DNA from: a virus
Direction: 5' to 3' (one strand)
IMG/VR virus record: IMGVR_UViG_3300030387_000070
Length of the DNA stretch: 64,000 nucleotides
Part shown: positions 55,346-64,000 of the stretch, piece after piece
Layout: each line of letters opens with the position of its first letter
Numbering within the stretch: position 1 is the first letter of the stretch
Notes under the pieces: model-generated
Told to the model about the DNA's origin: nothing
Database searches by the model: none
Seen by the model: only the letters and a program-made list of their open reading frames with translations
Program-made: the position numbers and the translations under genes

Positions 55346-55657
55346 ATGAAGTATTATACGGTTGAATCTCATGCTGAGAAAGAAGCTCCATTTGGAATTG
55401 CATGGCAAGTAAAGCTGTTTGACGAGCATACTCTTTTGGAGGAATACGACCATATCTTTTATAACGAGATTGCTGGCTACTGCAAGTGTCTTGAAGATAT
55501 AGGATTCGTGGATGAGCGATGGACTTTTAAAAGGCCACAGGACGAAGACATCCATGACTTTGTTAAAATGTGCATAAAGAAAAAGGAGAATGCACTTCAG
55601 ACGGAGTGGTATGAAATGACCGGTAACTGGCCGAATGGCGCAGTGACTCTCGATTAA
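55346..55657 (+). CDS. hypothetical protein
   Basis: RBS AAGGAGAACAC upstream. Confidence 0.35.
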   Translation: MKYYTVESHAEKEAPFGIAWQVKLFDEHTLLEEYDHIFYNEIAGYCKCLEDIGFVDERWTFKRPQDEDIHDFVKMCIKKKENALQTEWYEMTGNWPNGAVTLD

Positions 55658-55686
55658 AAGGTAAATTTTACGGAGGAAGTGATTCT

Positions 55687-56019
55687 ATGGCATACGCAGG
55701 CAAAAATGGATACGATAAAGACACGGATATTTTATTTCCGATAGCTACTAATATTATTGGATGGGTAGGTAAAACAGATAGAGAAGAGATTCTTGATCTC
55801 AGTTTTGAACGAATTTCCCTTTATCAAGTAGGGAAGATCCTTGAAAAACTTGGCTATCAGAATATTGATATGAGCGAAAACGGATGGGAAATGGATTACT
55901 GGTGGGAGTACGAACTTGCCAATAACGCCAATGATATTCCAAACCTTCCTTGTCGAGTTCAAATTAAAGGAAGTTGCGCAGAGGGCACAATGATGCTTAA
56001 TGTTTTAGATAACGAATAA
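55687..56019 (+). CDS. hypothetical protein
   Basis: RBS GGAGGAAGTG upstream. Confidence 0.35.
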   Translation: MAYAGKNGYDKDTDILFPIATNIIGWVGKTDREEILDLSFERISLYQVGKILEKLGYQNIDMSENGWEMDYWWEYELANNANDIPNLPCRVQIKGSCAEGTMMLNVLDNE

Positions 56020-56045
56020 CTCTAATAGTAGTGGTGGGTGGGAGG

Positions 56046-56300
56046 AATAAATGTATGAAACGGAATATCACAATAAAACAGACTTGCAATTGTAATGGTG
56101 ATAACTGTACTCAAATTGGAATCATTCGCAACGATGAAGTATATGTCATGCAAACAAGTTCTCCGAAAAGAGAAGACCCAGCGGAATTTACGTGCAGTAT
56201 GCCTGAACAGAAACATTGTTTAAAAAATATCCTTTATAAGATTGTAGAAAAACTAAATAGTCTTATTGGATGGATTATAGATACGTTTAACGATATTTGA
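56046..56300 (+). CDS. hypothetical Cys-rich protein
   Basis: ATG 56046 after GGGAGGA. Confidence 0.3.
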   Translation, partial: NKCMKRNITIKQTCNCNGDNCTQIGIIRNDEVYVMQTSSPKREDPAEFTCSMPEQKHCLKNILYKIVEKLNSLIGWIIDTFNDI

Positions 56301-56313
56301 TCAAGGAGATTGT

Positions 56314-56532
56314 ATGAAAGCACATATTCGAGAAGAAAAGAAAACAACTCCATTAAAACTTGGTGAGGGAATATTACTTCAAGAGAAAGATGGAAAAATT
56401 TACAAGGTTTGCGATACAGTAGAATATGATGAGACGCATACCGACGATGAAGTTATAAAGGTTGCTTTATCTGAAGAAAATATGATTGTTGGATCGAACT
56501 TTTTTAATACATCGTTTGTGTTTACAGATTGA
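56314..56532 (+). CDS. hypothetical protein
   Basis: RBS AAGGAGA upstream. Confidence 0.35.
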   Translation: MKAHIREEKKTTPLKLGEGILLQEKDGKIYKVCDTVEYDETHTDDEVIKVALSEENMIVGSNFFNTSFVFTD

Positions 56533-56541
56533 GGTGTAGAT

Positions 56542-56772
56542 ATGCACAAGACTGATAGTTTGAAAAATCCGGTAATCGTATTTCCATGTAAGAATTGCGG
56601 TTGCACAACTAAGATTCGAGTGGCTTCTTTTGAAAATCCTGATTTGGACATTCCTGAGAATAATGTGATTGCGTGCTATAGATGTAGAGCGGAAGTTGCT
56701 GGGTCTGAGTTTATTTCTTGGAAAGAAGCAACTAAAACTATTTTTACCGTGGAGGTGCCAGATGGCGATTAA
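56542..56772 (+). CDS. zinc-ribbon paralog 1
   Basis: CKNCGC...CYRC. Confidence 0.35.
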   Translation: MHKTDSLKNPVIVFPCKNCGCTTKIRVASFENPDLDIPENNVIACYRCRAEVAGSEFISWKEATKTIFTVEVPDGD

Positions 56773-56995
56773 GATTATTGAACACAAACATGAGCGAAAG
56801 AAAATAAGATATGCCGTTAAATTCCTTTGTAAATGTGGATGCGTATTTTGGGCTGATGACGAAGATACGAAAATTCCAAAAGAATTTGATTGGACTGAAT
56901 ACTCACCGGTTAAACAGGCGATTTGCCCAGAATGCAACACAGAAGTTTCATCTTGTTTATCTGCAGTTCCAAGAGAAAAGATTTTTGTGGATTGA
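56762..56995 (+). CDS. zinc-ribbon paralog 2
   Basis: MAIKIIEHKHERKKIRYAVKFLCKCGCVFWADD...CPEC. Confidence 0.4.
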   Translation: MAIKIIEHKHERKKIRYAVKFLCKCGCVFWADDEDTKIPKEFDWTEYSPVKQAICPECNTEVSSCLSAVPREKIFVD

Positions 56996-57003
56996 GGTGC
57001 CAA

Positions 57004-57303
57004 ATGGCTATACGAATTGAAGTCCATGGTAAAGAAAGAGAAAAAACAAAATACTCAGTAGAGTTTAGATGTTCTAGCTGCGGTTGCGAGTTTTGGGTTG
57101 ATGCAGATTCTCTTGGAGAGTTCAAGCCAGCCAATTATTGTGATTTAAAGTATAACTGTCCTGAATGTGATTCTAGTTCTTATCCGGTTGATATTATGGA
57201 GAACAGCCGTATCTTTAATGAGCACAAATGGAAACCTGTATTTTGGCAGATTATCGAATCTCCATTTCATCGGTATTGTAGAATTTGCGATAAAGAAAAA
57301 TAA
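57004..57303 (+). CDS. zinc-ribbon paralog 3
   Basis: MAIRIEVHGKEREKTKYSVEFRCSSCGCEFWVDAD...CPEC. Confidence 0.4.
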   Translation: MAIRIEVHGKEREKTKYSVEFRCSSCGCEFWVDADSLGEFKPANYCDLKYNCPECDSSSYPVDIMENSRIFNEHKWKPVFWQIIESPFHRYCRICDKEK

Positions 57304-57358
57304 TATGCTAAAGCAAGCTTATTTTTAAGAATGTATGTTTTAAAGTGTGGTGAACGTA

Positions 57359-57757
57359 ATGGAAGTTTGGGAACTAAATCTTCTGCATGATGGGGATATA
57401 GAACAAATATGTATGTGCTCTGATGAACAACCACTATTTGAAATGGCAGTCGATAGGGCATTTAATTTATTTGCAAAAATAAATGAGTGGCCTCTCAAAC
57501 AAGAAAATTGTCATGCTTCCGTAAGTGTAAACGACAAGCTTCATTCTATTTTAGTGAAGATTAGCACACAAGACGATAATACAGTTGAACTTTGGGAGTA
57601 TAAATGGGAATGTATTTATAAAGAACCTCATGAAGACAAGTCTAGTGACACCTTACTTCAGGAAGTTGTTTCTCGTGTACGAAACATTCCAAAACTATTT
57701 TATGATTGGGCAGAGAATTTCTGCTGGAAAGCGAGAAAAAATGGCTATTTGCAGTAA
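57359..57757 (+). CDS. hypothetical protein
   Basis: ATG 57359 after GTGGTGA. Confidence 0.3.
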   Translation: MEVWELNLLHDGDIEQICMCSDEQPLFEMAVDRAFNLFAKINEWPLKQENCHASVSVNDKLHSILVKISTQDDNTVELWEYKWECIYKEPHEDKSSDTLLQEVVSRVRNIPKLFYDWAENFCWKARKNGYLQ

Positions 57758-58085
57758 ATGTCTACATAAAGAAGTATGCGCTTTTAGGAAGCAAACAAAA
57801 GATAGTTGCGCCGAATTTTGCGAAGACTTCCTCGGTTGGGTCAAGGTCATGGATGAGCGTCCGATTCCTTTAAAAGACAACATTATAATAAGCGATTATG
57901 GTAATTCATTTATCGGATATTACGATTACGATAAGCGAGATCGAGAGTACTTTTACGATGTAAACGCCCTCGAAAAAATTTATGAATGTCCATCTTACTG
58001 GCTGAAAGGACTTAATTTGCATGAGCAGGAAAAAATCGCTAACAGAGAATACAAGTGTAGGAAATCCAATATGGGACAAGTATGA
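57741..58085 (+). CDS. hypothetical Cys-rich protein
   Basis: ATG 57741 within track ORF 57585. Confidence 0.3.
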   Translation: MAICSKCLHKEVCAFRKQTKDSCAEFCEDFLGWVKVMDERPIPLKDNIIISDYGNSFIGYYDYDKRDREYFYDVNALEKIYECPSYWLKGLNLHEQEKIANREYKCRKSNMGQV

Positions 58086-58389
58086 GATTGTGGGAGTCTC
58101 TTTTGACACATCAAATAATCCAAACAAGAAGTTCTTCAAGCCGGTTTACATAATGCCGGATGGAGATGTCGTAGCTTGCGATGGGACTCACGATTTCAAT
58201 TATGATCCTAACAAAGAAATTCAAATTGTTCCAAAGGAATCTATCCCATTTTATGGCAAGCCAACAGAGCCTGCTGTTTATTGTGATGATGATGGCAACT
58301 GTGTGGATGTTGACGGTAATCCTCTCGGTATGAAATGGGACGACTCTATGGAGAAACAGTTCCGAACGGTAAAAACTAGACTTTTATGA
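58021..58389 (+). CDS. hypothetical protein
   Basis: ORF; start uncertain. Confidence 0.3.
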   Translation: MSRKKSLTENTSVGNPIWDKYEIVGVSFDTSNNPNKKFFKPVYIMPDGDVVACDGTHDFNYDPNKEIQIVPKESIPFYGKPTEPAVYCDDDGNCVDVDGNPLGMKWDDSMEKQFRTVKTRLL

Positions 58390-58399
58390 GGTAGATTGA

Positions 58400-58861
58400 A
58401 TGGACGATAGATTTTCAATCGAAAAGAATCACTGGGAAATACAAAATCCAGAATGGGAAAGCTATTCTCATTTCATCTGCACTAAAGACCATTATTGGAC
58501 TGGTGTACACGGTATCAGCAACTATTTTCTTCAATATAAGAATTTTGGCAGAAGTAAACCAGTCGAACGATTTTCTGTAGAATGGCCGAACTTCGTAGAG
58601 CACATGTGGTTTATCCATTGGCGTGGCCCATGGGATTATATTTTTGCTTCATATAAATTATCCGAAATCAAACGATTTTTAGAACTTGATATTGATGCTA
58701 TTAAAAAGAACCATTGGCCGGATGGCCGCTGCACTTGCTACAGTGTTTATGACTACGTGACGAAAAAATGGTACTATTTTAAAATCGAAAATTTGGGAAC
58801 ATTTTATGGATGCGCGTGGCCGTTGGGTGATGATACAGGGGAGGTGATTAAATGTGACTAA
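58400..58861 (+). CDS. hypothetical Trp-rich protein
   Basis: ORF. Confidence 0.35.
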   Translation: MDDRFSIEKNHWEIQNPEWESYSHFICTKDHYWTGVHGISNYFLQYKNFGRSKPVERFSVEWPNFVEHMWFIHWRGPWDYIFASYKLSEIKRFLELDIDAIKKNHWPDGRCTCYSVYDYVTKKWYYFKIENLGTFYGCAWPLGDDTGEVIKCD

Positions 58862-59345
58862 ACAAATAGGCTATTATAAATCCGACTGGTATATTATGGG
58901 CATCGACGGTAAATACAACAACGCCTGTATCTCACATACAGAATCGCAGCTTCGATATACAGTTCCAAGGTCGCCAGAATGGACCATCAATGGATTGGGT
59001 TTTGCTTACATTAGAGAACATGGATTTGAAGATTATCCTGAACTCTATGGTATTGTATTCTATGATATGGAGTGGTGGCGACGAAAACGCTATCAGGGTG
59101 ACTTTTATGTAGAGATACCAATTTGCGATTTATGTGCAGATACCTTTCATTTAAAATGGCGTTATAAGGAATTTCGTGTACATCAGTGGTCCAACTTGAG
59201 AAAAGAAACAAAGTGGGTGAAAGGCAGAAGCAACTACACTATTTGTGAGCTCGCCCATAAATTACCACATGAAGAGTTTATTGAGTATTTGAAAGACAAC
59301 GGCATCTATATTGTAAACGAAAGTGGTGTTGAACTTGGATGGTAA
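58854..59345 (+). CDS. hypothetical Trp-rich protein
   Basis: GTG start 7 nt after GGGGAGGTG. Confidence 0.35.
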   Translation: MTKQIGYYKSDWYIMGIDGKYNNACISHTESQLRYTVPRSPEWTINGLGFAYIREHGFEDYPELYGIVFYDMEWWRRKRYQGDFYVEIPICDLCADTFHLKWRYKEFRVHQWSNLRKETKWVKGRSNYTICELAHKLPHEEFIEYLKDNGIYIVNESGVELGW

Positions 59346-59376
59346 AGATGTAAAGCTTTCTCTTGGTGAGAAAATC

Positions 59377-59742
59377 TTGTTATCAATCATTGTTATATTC
59401 GCAATTCTCTTCATTGGATATTTTGTATGGGTGATTGGCGACGGTATCTATCGTCATTATAATCCGATTGAGTGGACTGCCACTATTGAAGAACTGGAAT
59501 CTGGCATCTACGGATATACATCTACTATGGTATCTAATGTCCCAGCAGAAAATTATGAGATGCTTACGGTTCTTTGTAATGGCACTTATATGAATATCAA
59601 AGGACATGTAAAAATTGTATATGATAGCAACGCTCCATATATCGAATATAAGTCAACCAATACTGTTAATACTGACTCTGTAATAATTCATGTTCAAAAA
59701 GGACAGATTAAAAATAATGGAGTTAGTACAGTAACGAGGTGA
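59377..59742 (+). CDS. hypothetical membrane-anchored protein
   Basis: TTG 59377 after GGTGAG, or GTG 59323; N-terminal TM helix. Confidence 0.3.
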   Translation: MLSIIVIFAILFIGYFVWVIGDGIYRHYNPIEWTATIEELESGIYGYTSTMVSNVPAENYEMLTVLCNGTYMNIKGHVKIVYDSNAPYIEYKSTNTVNTDSVIIHVQKGQIKNNGVSTVTR

Positions 59743-59782
59743 TTCTTATGGAAGAATTAGGGTTTTATAAAGGAGGGCGCTA

Positions 59783-59953
59783 ATGAAGGATTTTAACTTT
59801 TATAGAGCAAAGTATATTCGTGATGGGAAATGGCGAATTGAGTTTTTCGATAAAGACGAAAAGTATGTTGGTTCTATTTATAAAGTAGGGTCGGACGGCG
59901 TCCGTGGGTATTGCCAGTGTTTAAATGATCTTGGCTACAAAGCAATTTTATAA
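59783..59953 (+). CDS. hypothetical small protein (56 aa)
   Basis: RBS AAAGGAGGG upstream. Confidence 0.3.
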   Translation: MKDFNFYRAKYIRDGKWRIEFFDKDEKYVGSIYKVGSDGVRGYCQCLNDLGYKAIL

Positions 59954-59982
59954 AACTTGGATTCTTATAAAGGAGGTTCACA

Positions 59983-60810
59983 ATGATTATTGATTGCAAA
60001 TCTATTGCACAAGATATCAAAGATAAAATCAAGAATATTATCGCAGAGGCCGATTACACTCCTGTTTTACATATTTATCAAGTAGGGGATAATCCTGCGT
60101 CTAATGCTTATATTAGAGGTAAATTGCGTGACTGTGAAGAGGTGGGGATCGAAGTAGAACTTATTAAACTGCCAGAAAATATTACTGAAGATGAATTGAA
60201 TAACAAGATCTTAGAAGATTATAATTGGGAATATGTGAACGGTATCATTGTTCAGCTTCCGTTGCCAAAACATATCAATCCTAAAAATATCTACATTCCA
60301 GACGCAGTTGATGTTGATGGATTTAATTCTACATCCAAATTTCAGCCTTGCACTCCGCTGGGCGTTATGAAGATTTTTGACTCCATCGGTTACGATCTGG
60401 ATGGCAAGAATGTGCTTGTGTGTGGTCAATCTGATATCGTAGGTCGTCCGTTGGTCAATATGCTGATTAAGCGGCACTGTAATGTAATCTCTGTGAATAG
60501 TACGGGTTCCGCCATGAAAGCCACTGCCATCGGATTTGGAATAGTCAATGTTATTATTTCCGCCGTTGGTAAGCGTGACTTTATTTCGACGTTTGATTTA
60601 TTTGATACGGATGTTTGCATCGACGTTGGTATCAACTATGACGAGAACGGAAAGCAGCACGGCGATTGTACTGATGCTGTTTATGATATGAAGGATGTCA
60701 AAGTAACACCTCGTATCGGCGGAGTTGGCCTTATGACTCGCGCTATGCTCTTATATAATGTATGTGTGGCGAAATACGGGGCAGAGAAGATGGAAGAGGT
60801 GATTGAATGA
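59983..60810 (+). CDS. folD: bifunctional methylenetetrahydrofolate dehydrogenase/cyclohydrolase FolD
   Basis: RBS AAAGGAGG upstream; FolD pattern VQLPLPKHI...DAVDVDGF...QPCTPLGV...GKNVLVCGQSDIVGRPL...NVISVNSTGS. Confidence 0.8.
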   Translation: MIIDCKSIAQDIKDKIKNIIAEADYTPVLHIYQVGDNPASNAYIRGKLRDCEEVGIEVELIKLPENITEDELNNKILEDYNWEYVNGIIVQLPLPKHINPKNIYIPDAVDVDGFNSTSKFQPCTPLGVMKIFDSIGYDLDGKNVLVCGQSDIVGRPLVNMLIKRHCNVISVNSTGSAMKATAIGFGIVNVIISAVGKRDFISTFDLFDTDVCIDVGINYDENGKQHGDCTDAVYDMKDVKVTPRIGGVGLMTRAMLLYNVCVAKYGAEKMEEVIE

Positions 60811-61037
60811 AAGAACAGAAAATTCCGCTTGAACAGCAACTTATATATAACGTAGAAGAAGTAGCAACCCTCTTGAAAACTACACGCCCTGTGGTATACT
60901 CTTTAATAGAAAAGGGTTATCTTCCGAGCATTGTTCTTGGCAGACGGAAAGTGACGAGGAAGGCACTACTTACATTTCTTGATAAGAACGAGAACACTAA
61001 TTTTAGCCAAATCTTGAAATCAAAACAACTATCGTAA
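60807..61037 (+). CDS. excisionase-family HTH DNA-binding protein (Xis-like)
   Basis: Helix-turn-helix YNVEEVATLLKTTRPVVYSLIEKGYLPSIVLGRR; last phage gene before the GC shift. Confidence 0.5.
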   Translation: MKEQKIPLEQQLIYNVEEVATLLKTTRPVVYSLIEKGYLPSIVLGRRKVTRKALLTFLDKNENTNFSQILKSKQLS

Positions 61038-61049
61038 GCCATTTGGTCG

Positions 61050-61100
61050 TGCCCACAAAATTGCCCACATTTTATTTTCTGTGGGCAAACCGTGGGCAAA
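61050..61100. repeat. paired inverted repeats at the prophage right boundary: TGCCCACA x2 (61050, 61062) facing GTGGGCAAA x2 (61081, 61092)
   Basis: Seen directly; 11-12 bp spacing between direct copies. Confidence 0.55.
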
Positions 61101-61149
61101 TCGACAATTTGTTTCCAAAGAATGACGTACACACGTCAAAACTTTATAG

Positions 61150-61224
61150 ATGGCAAAGGACGAAGCCCGTCACGGCCGTGGCTTCGAGGGCCTGCTGAAG
61201 CGCTACTTCAACACCGAAGTCTGA
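61150..61224 (+). other. 24-codon ORF MAKDEARHGRGFEGLLKRYFNTEV, possible displaced 3' end of the host integration-target gene
   Basis: High GC, and followed directly by a strong host-type terminator. Confidence 0.3.
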
Positions 61225-61261
61225 TAAGGGTTCCCCGGTTATCTATGCTGCCCGCTGCAAG

Positions 61262-61300
61262 GACATTCCGCCTTGCAGCGGGCTTTTTGTGTTTCAATCG
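61262..61300 (+). terminator. rho-independent terminator (CCCGCTGCAAGG...CCTTGCAGCGGG plus TTTTT)
   Basis: 12-bp GC-rich stem followed by a T5 run. Confidence 0.65.
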
Positions 61301-61390
61301 TGGTGACGACTTCTTTCGTAAAAATGGAATCCTAAAGATGCGCAAAGCGAACGCGGTGCGCATTTAAAATCGTCCCGCTAAAAGAGGCAG

Positions 61391-61431
61391 CTGCGCAGAA
61401 TTTCGCACAGCTGCCTCTTTTGTGGTGGCTG
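61391..61431 (-). terminator. rho-independent terminator for copA (bidirectional hairpin AGAGGCAGCTGCGC...GCACAGCTGCCTCT)
   Basis: Stem and T-run immediately 3' of the copA stop on the minus strand. Confidence 0.6.
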
Positions 61432-61435
61432 AACC

Positions 61436-63994
61436 TTACTGGATGCCGGTAACAGGATAATCCTGTGCTTCCACGGCCTTCTTCAGCACCTCATCGTCCA
61501 CTTCGGCGTTCAGGGTAACGATGGCGGTACCGGCTTCGTGGCTGACAACAGCCTCGTCCACCTGCGGCAGAGCCTCCAAAGCCTTCTTGACGCGGGCTTC
61601 ACAGTGATGGCACATCATACCTTCTACGGTCAGGGTCTTTTTCATAGCAATCTTCTCCTTGTAAGTTGTATCTTCCTCCGCTGCGGGCTGCACAAGGGCA
61701 GCGGGCAGGGCAGGGACGTGTTTGGGCGGGTGGTCATGTTTTGCGCTGTGCAGGTCAAACAGGTTCAGCCGCAAGGCGTTGCTCACCACGCAGAAGCTGG
61801 AAAGGCTCATGGCAGCTGCGCCGAACATGGGGTTCAGCGTCAGTCCCAATGGAATGAACACACCGGCTGCCAGCGGGATGCCGATGATGTTATAGATGAA
61901 CGCCCAGAACAGGTTTTCGTGGATGTTGCGCAGGGCAGCACGGCTCAGCCGGATGGCGGCGGGCACGTCCGACAGCTTGGAGTTCATCAGTACCACGTCT
62001 GCAGCGTCAATGGCTACGTCTGTGCCTGCGCCAATGGCAATGCCGGTGTCAGCGCGGGTCAGGGCAGGAGCATCGTTGATGCCGTCGCCCACCATAGCTA
62101 CCTTGCCGTACTTTTGCAGCTGCCGGATGACGGCCTCCTTGCCCTCGGGCAGCACTCCCGCGATCACCTCGTCCACCCCGGCCTGTCGGCCAATGGCCTC
62201 GGCAGTGCGCTGGTTGTCGCCGGTCAGCATCACGACCCGGATACCCATATTTCGCAGCTCCCGGATGGCCTGCGGGCTGTCCTCCTTGATGGTATCTGCC
62301 ACTGCGATAACGCCCAGCAAACGACCTGCGCCACCAAAGAACAGGGGCGTCTTACCCTGTGCAGCCAGCGCGGCGGCTTCGGCTTGCAGCGCAGCGGGGA
62401 TGGCGACCTTTGCGCCGATAAAGGCCGCATTGCCGCCAAAGATCTCCTTGCCTTCCAGCGTGGCGGTAAGGCCGTTGCCCGGCAGGGCGGTAAAATCGGT
62501 AACAGAGGGCAGCTCCAGCTGCTTTTCCTCCGCATAGGCCAGCACTGCCCGCGCCAACGGGTGCTCGCTGCGGCCCTCCAGCGCGGCGGCCAGCGTGAGC
62601 AGCTCGGTCTCAGTCACGCCCGCAGCGGGCAGAAGGTCGGTGACGGTAGGTTCGCCGCAGGTGATTGTGCCGGTCTTGTCCAGCGCTACGATGCGGGTGC
62701 GTCCGGCTTCTTCCAGCGCCGCAGCGGTCTTGAACAGGATGCCGTTCTTCGCACCAAGGCCGTTGCCCACCATAATAGCCACCGGCGTTGCCAGACCCAG
62801 CGCACAGGGGCAGCTGATGACCAGCACCGAGATGCCCCGCGCCAGCGCGTAGCCCACATCCCGCCCCAGCAGCAGCCAGACAAGGGTGGTGACCACCGCA
62901 ATGCTGATGACCGCAGGCACGAAAAAGCCGGATACGGTATCTGCGATCTTTGCAATGGGGGCTTTGGTGGCGGCGGCATCGCTGACCATGCGGATGATCT
63001 GCGCCAGCGTGGTGTCCTCGCCTACGCGGGTAGCGCGGCACTGCAAATAGCCGGACTGGTTGGTGGTGGCGGCGCTTACCTTATCGCCCACGGCCTTGTC
63101 CACCGGGATGCTTTCGCCGGTCAGGGCGCTCTCGTTCACGGCGCTGCTGCCCTCCAGCACAATGCCGTCCACCGGGATGTTCTCGCCCGGACGCACCACA
63201 AAGATGTCCTCTTTCTGCACCTGCTCAATGGGCACGGTCACCTCGGCACCGTCCCGCAGCAGGGTGGCGGTTTTGGGGGCTAGCTTCATCAGGCTTTTGA
63301 GCGCATCGGTGGTCTTGCCCTTGGAGCGTGCCTCCAGCATTTTGCCCACCGTGATGAGGGTCAAAATCATGGCGGCAGACTCAAAATAGAACTCCATCAT
63401 GTAGTGCATGACTAGTTCCTCGTTGCCGTGTAGCTGCGCATCGGTCATGGCAAACAGGGCGTAGGTGCTCCATACAAAGCTTGCCATCGAGCCCATAGCC
63501 ACCAGCGTATCCATGTTGGGGGAGCGGTGCACCAGCCCCTTGAAGCCGTTGATGAAAAATTTCTGGTTGATCACCATCACGATGCCCGCCAGCAGCAGCT
63601 GTACCAGCCCCATGGCAATGTGGTTGCCGTCAAACCAGCGGGGCAGCGGCCAGCCCCACATCATGTGCCCCATGGAAAAGTACATCAGCACCAGCAAAAA
63701 GCCCAGCGAGGCGATAAGCCGCCGCTTTAGCTTGGGTGTTTCGTGGTCGGCCAGTGCGTCCAGCTCTGCGCTGGTACTGGCAGCGGCAGCAGCGGTCTTT
63801 TTAGGGCTTGCACCGTAACCGGCCTGCTCTACGGCACGGATAATGGCGGAATCTTCTGCTGTGCCCTCCACCCCCATGGAGTTTGTCAGCAGGCTTACCG
63901 AACAGCCGGTAACGCCCGGCACGCTCTTTACGGCCTTTTCTACCCGGGCAGAGCAGGCCGCGCAGCTCATGCCGGTAACGTTGAATTGTTCCAT
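61436..63994 (-). CDS. copA: copper-translocating P-type ATPase CopA (heavy-metal-binding domains at both termini)
   Basis: [13 protein letters not shown] and [12 protein letters not shown] metal-binding sites; CPC transduction motif [11 protein letters not shown]; DKTGT phosphorylation site; GDGINDAP; about 65% GC. Confidence 0.85.
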   Translation of the reverse strand: MEQFNVTGMSCAACSARVEKAVKSVPGVTGCSVSLLTNSMGVEGTAEDSAIIRAVEQAGYGASPKKTAAAAASTSAELDALADHETPKLKRRLIASLGFLLVLMYFSMGHMMWGWPLPRWFDGNHIAMGLVQLLLAGIVMVINQKFFINGFKGLVHRSPNMDTLVAMGSMASFVWSTYALFAMTDAQLHGNEELVMHYMMEFYFESAAMILTLITVGKMLEARSKGKTTDALKSLMKLAPKTATLLRDGAEVTVPIEQVQKEDIFVVRPGENIPVDGIVLEGSSAVNESALTGESIPVDKAVGDKVSAATTNQSGYLQCRATRVGEDTTLAQIIRMVSDAAATKAPIAKIADTVSGFFVPAVISIAVVTTLVWLLLGRDVGYALARGISVLVISCPCALGLATPVAIMVGNGLGAKNGILFKTAAALEEAGRTRIVALDKTGTITCGEPTVTDLLPAAGVTETELLTLAAALEGRSEHPLARAVLAYAEEKQLELPSVTDFTALPGNGLTATLEGKEIFGGNAAFIGAKVAIPAALQAEAAALAAQGKTPLFFGGAGRLLGVIAVADTIKEDSPQAIRELRNMGIRVVMLTGDNQRTAEAIGRQAGVDEVIAGVLPEGKEAVIRQLQKYGKVAMVGDGINDAPALTRADTGIAIGAGTDVAIDAADVVLMNSKLSDVPAAIRLSRAALRNIHENLFWAFIYNIIGIPLAAGVFIPLGLTLNPMFGAAAMSLSSFCVVSNALRLNLFDLHSAKHDHPPKHVPALPAALVQPAAEEDTTYKEKIAMKKTLTVEGMMCHHCEARVKKALEALPQVDEAVVSHEAGTAIVTLNAEVDDEVLKKAVEAQDYPVTGIQ

Positions 63995-64000
63995 TGTTGT

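Noticed and set aside
61538-63283. 581-aa plus-strand ORF and other long ORFs inside copA
   Set aside because: High-GC antisense frames of copA are stop-poor by composition; the products are Ala/Gly/Arg-rich and low-complexity.
1-64000. CRISPR array
   Set aside because: No direct repeats of 25-40 bp separated by similar-size spacers were seen.

Overview
About 61 kb of a low-GC (~40%) phage or prophage genome with every gene on the + strand is joined near 61.1 kb to high-GC (~63%) host DNA carrying a minus-strand copper P-type ATPase (copA). The phage content reads left to right as follows. (1) A dense early region of small ORFs with three tandem paralog families, a Lar-like protein, a Bro/KilA-like antirepressor, a mid-genome tyrosine recombinase, a DnaD/replisome-organizer-like gene with internal iteron-like repeats, and a SleB-domain hydrolase. 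(2) A MazF/PemK-like endoribonuclease followed by a Pnkp-like kinase-phosphatase-ligase RNA repair enzyme. (3) A cluster of seven tRNAs that all read A/U-ending codons, including one aberrant type-II tRNA with anticodon TTG, with a low-GC HNH endonuclease inside the cluster and, immediately after it, a frame-fragmented and apparently circularly permuted C5 methyltransferase. (4) A replication module: an OB-fold SSB-like protein, a Sak4/AAA_24-like ATPase, a PAPS-reductase-like gene broken at a (GA)7 tract, a DnaB-like helicase, a primase, a RecJ-like DHH exonuclease, HAD, MPP and MazG-like enzymes, DnaE carrying an HNH-containing intein, a RecD2-like helicase, and an ATP-dependent ligase. (5) A nucleotide-metabolism module (ThyX, DUF3310, LemA, NrdD, SPFH, NrdG, Dut and a phage-encoded FolD) ending with an Xis-like HTH at the right end. 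A 21-bp motif built around TATAAT recurs seven times in both orientations upstream of operon-initial genes. All calls rest on reading motifs in the supplied translations; no database searches or numerical homology scores were available.
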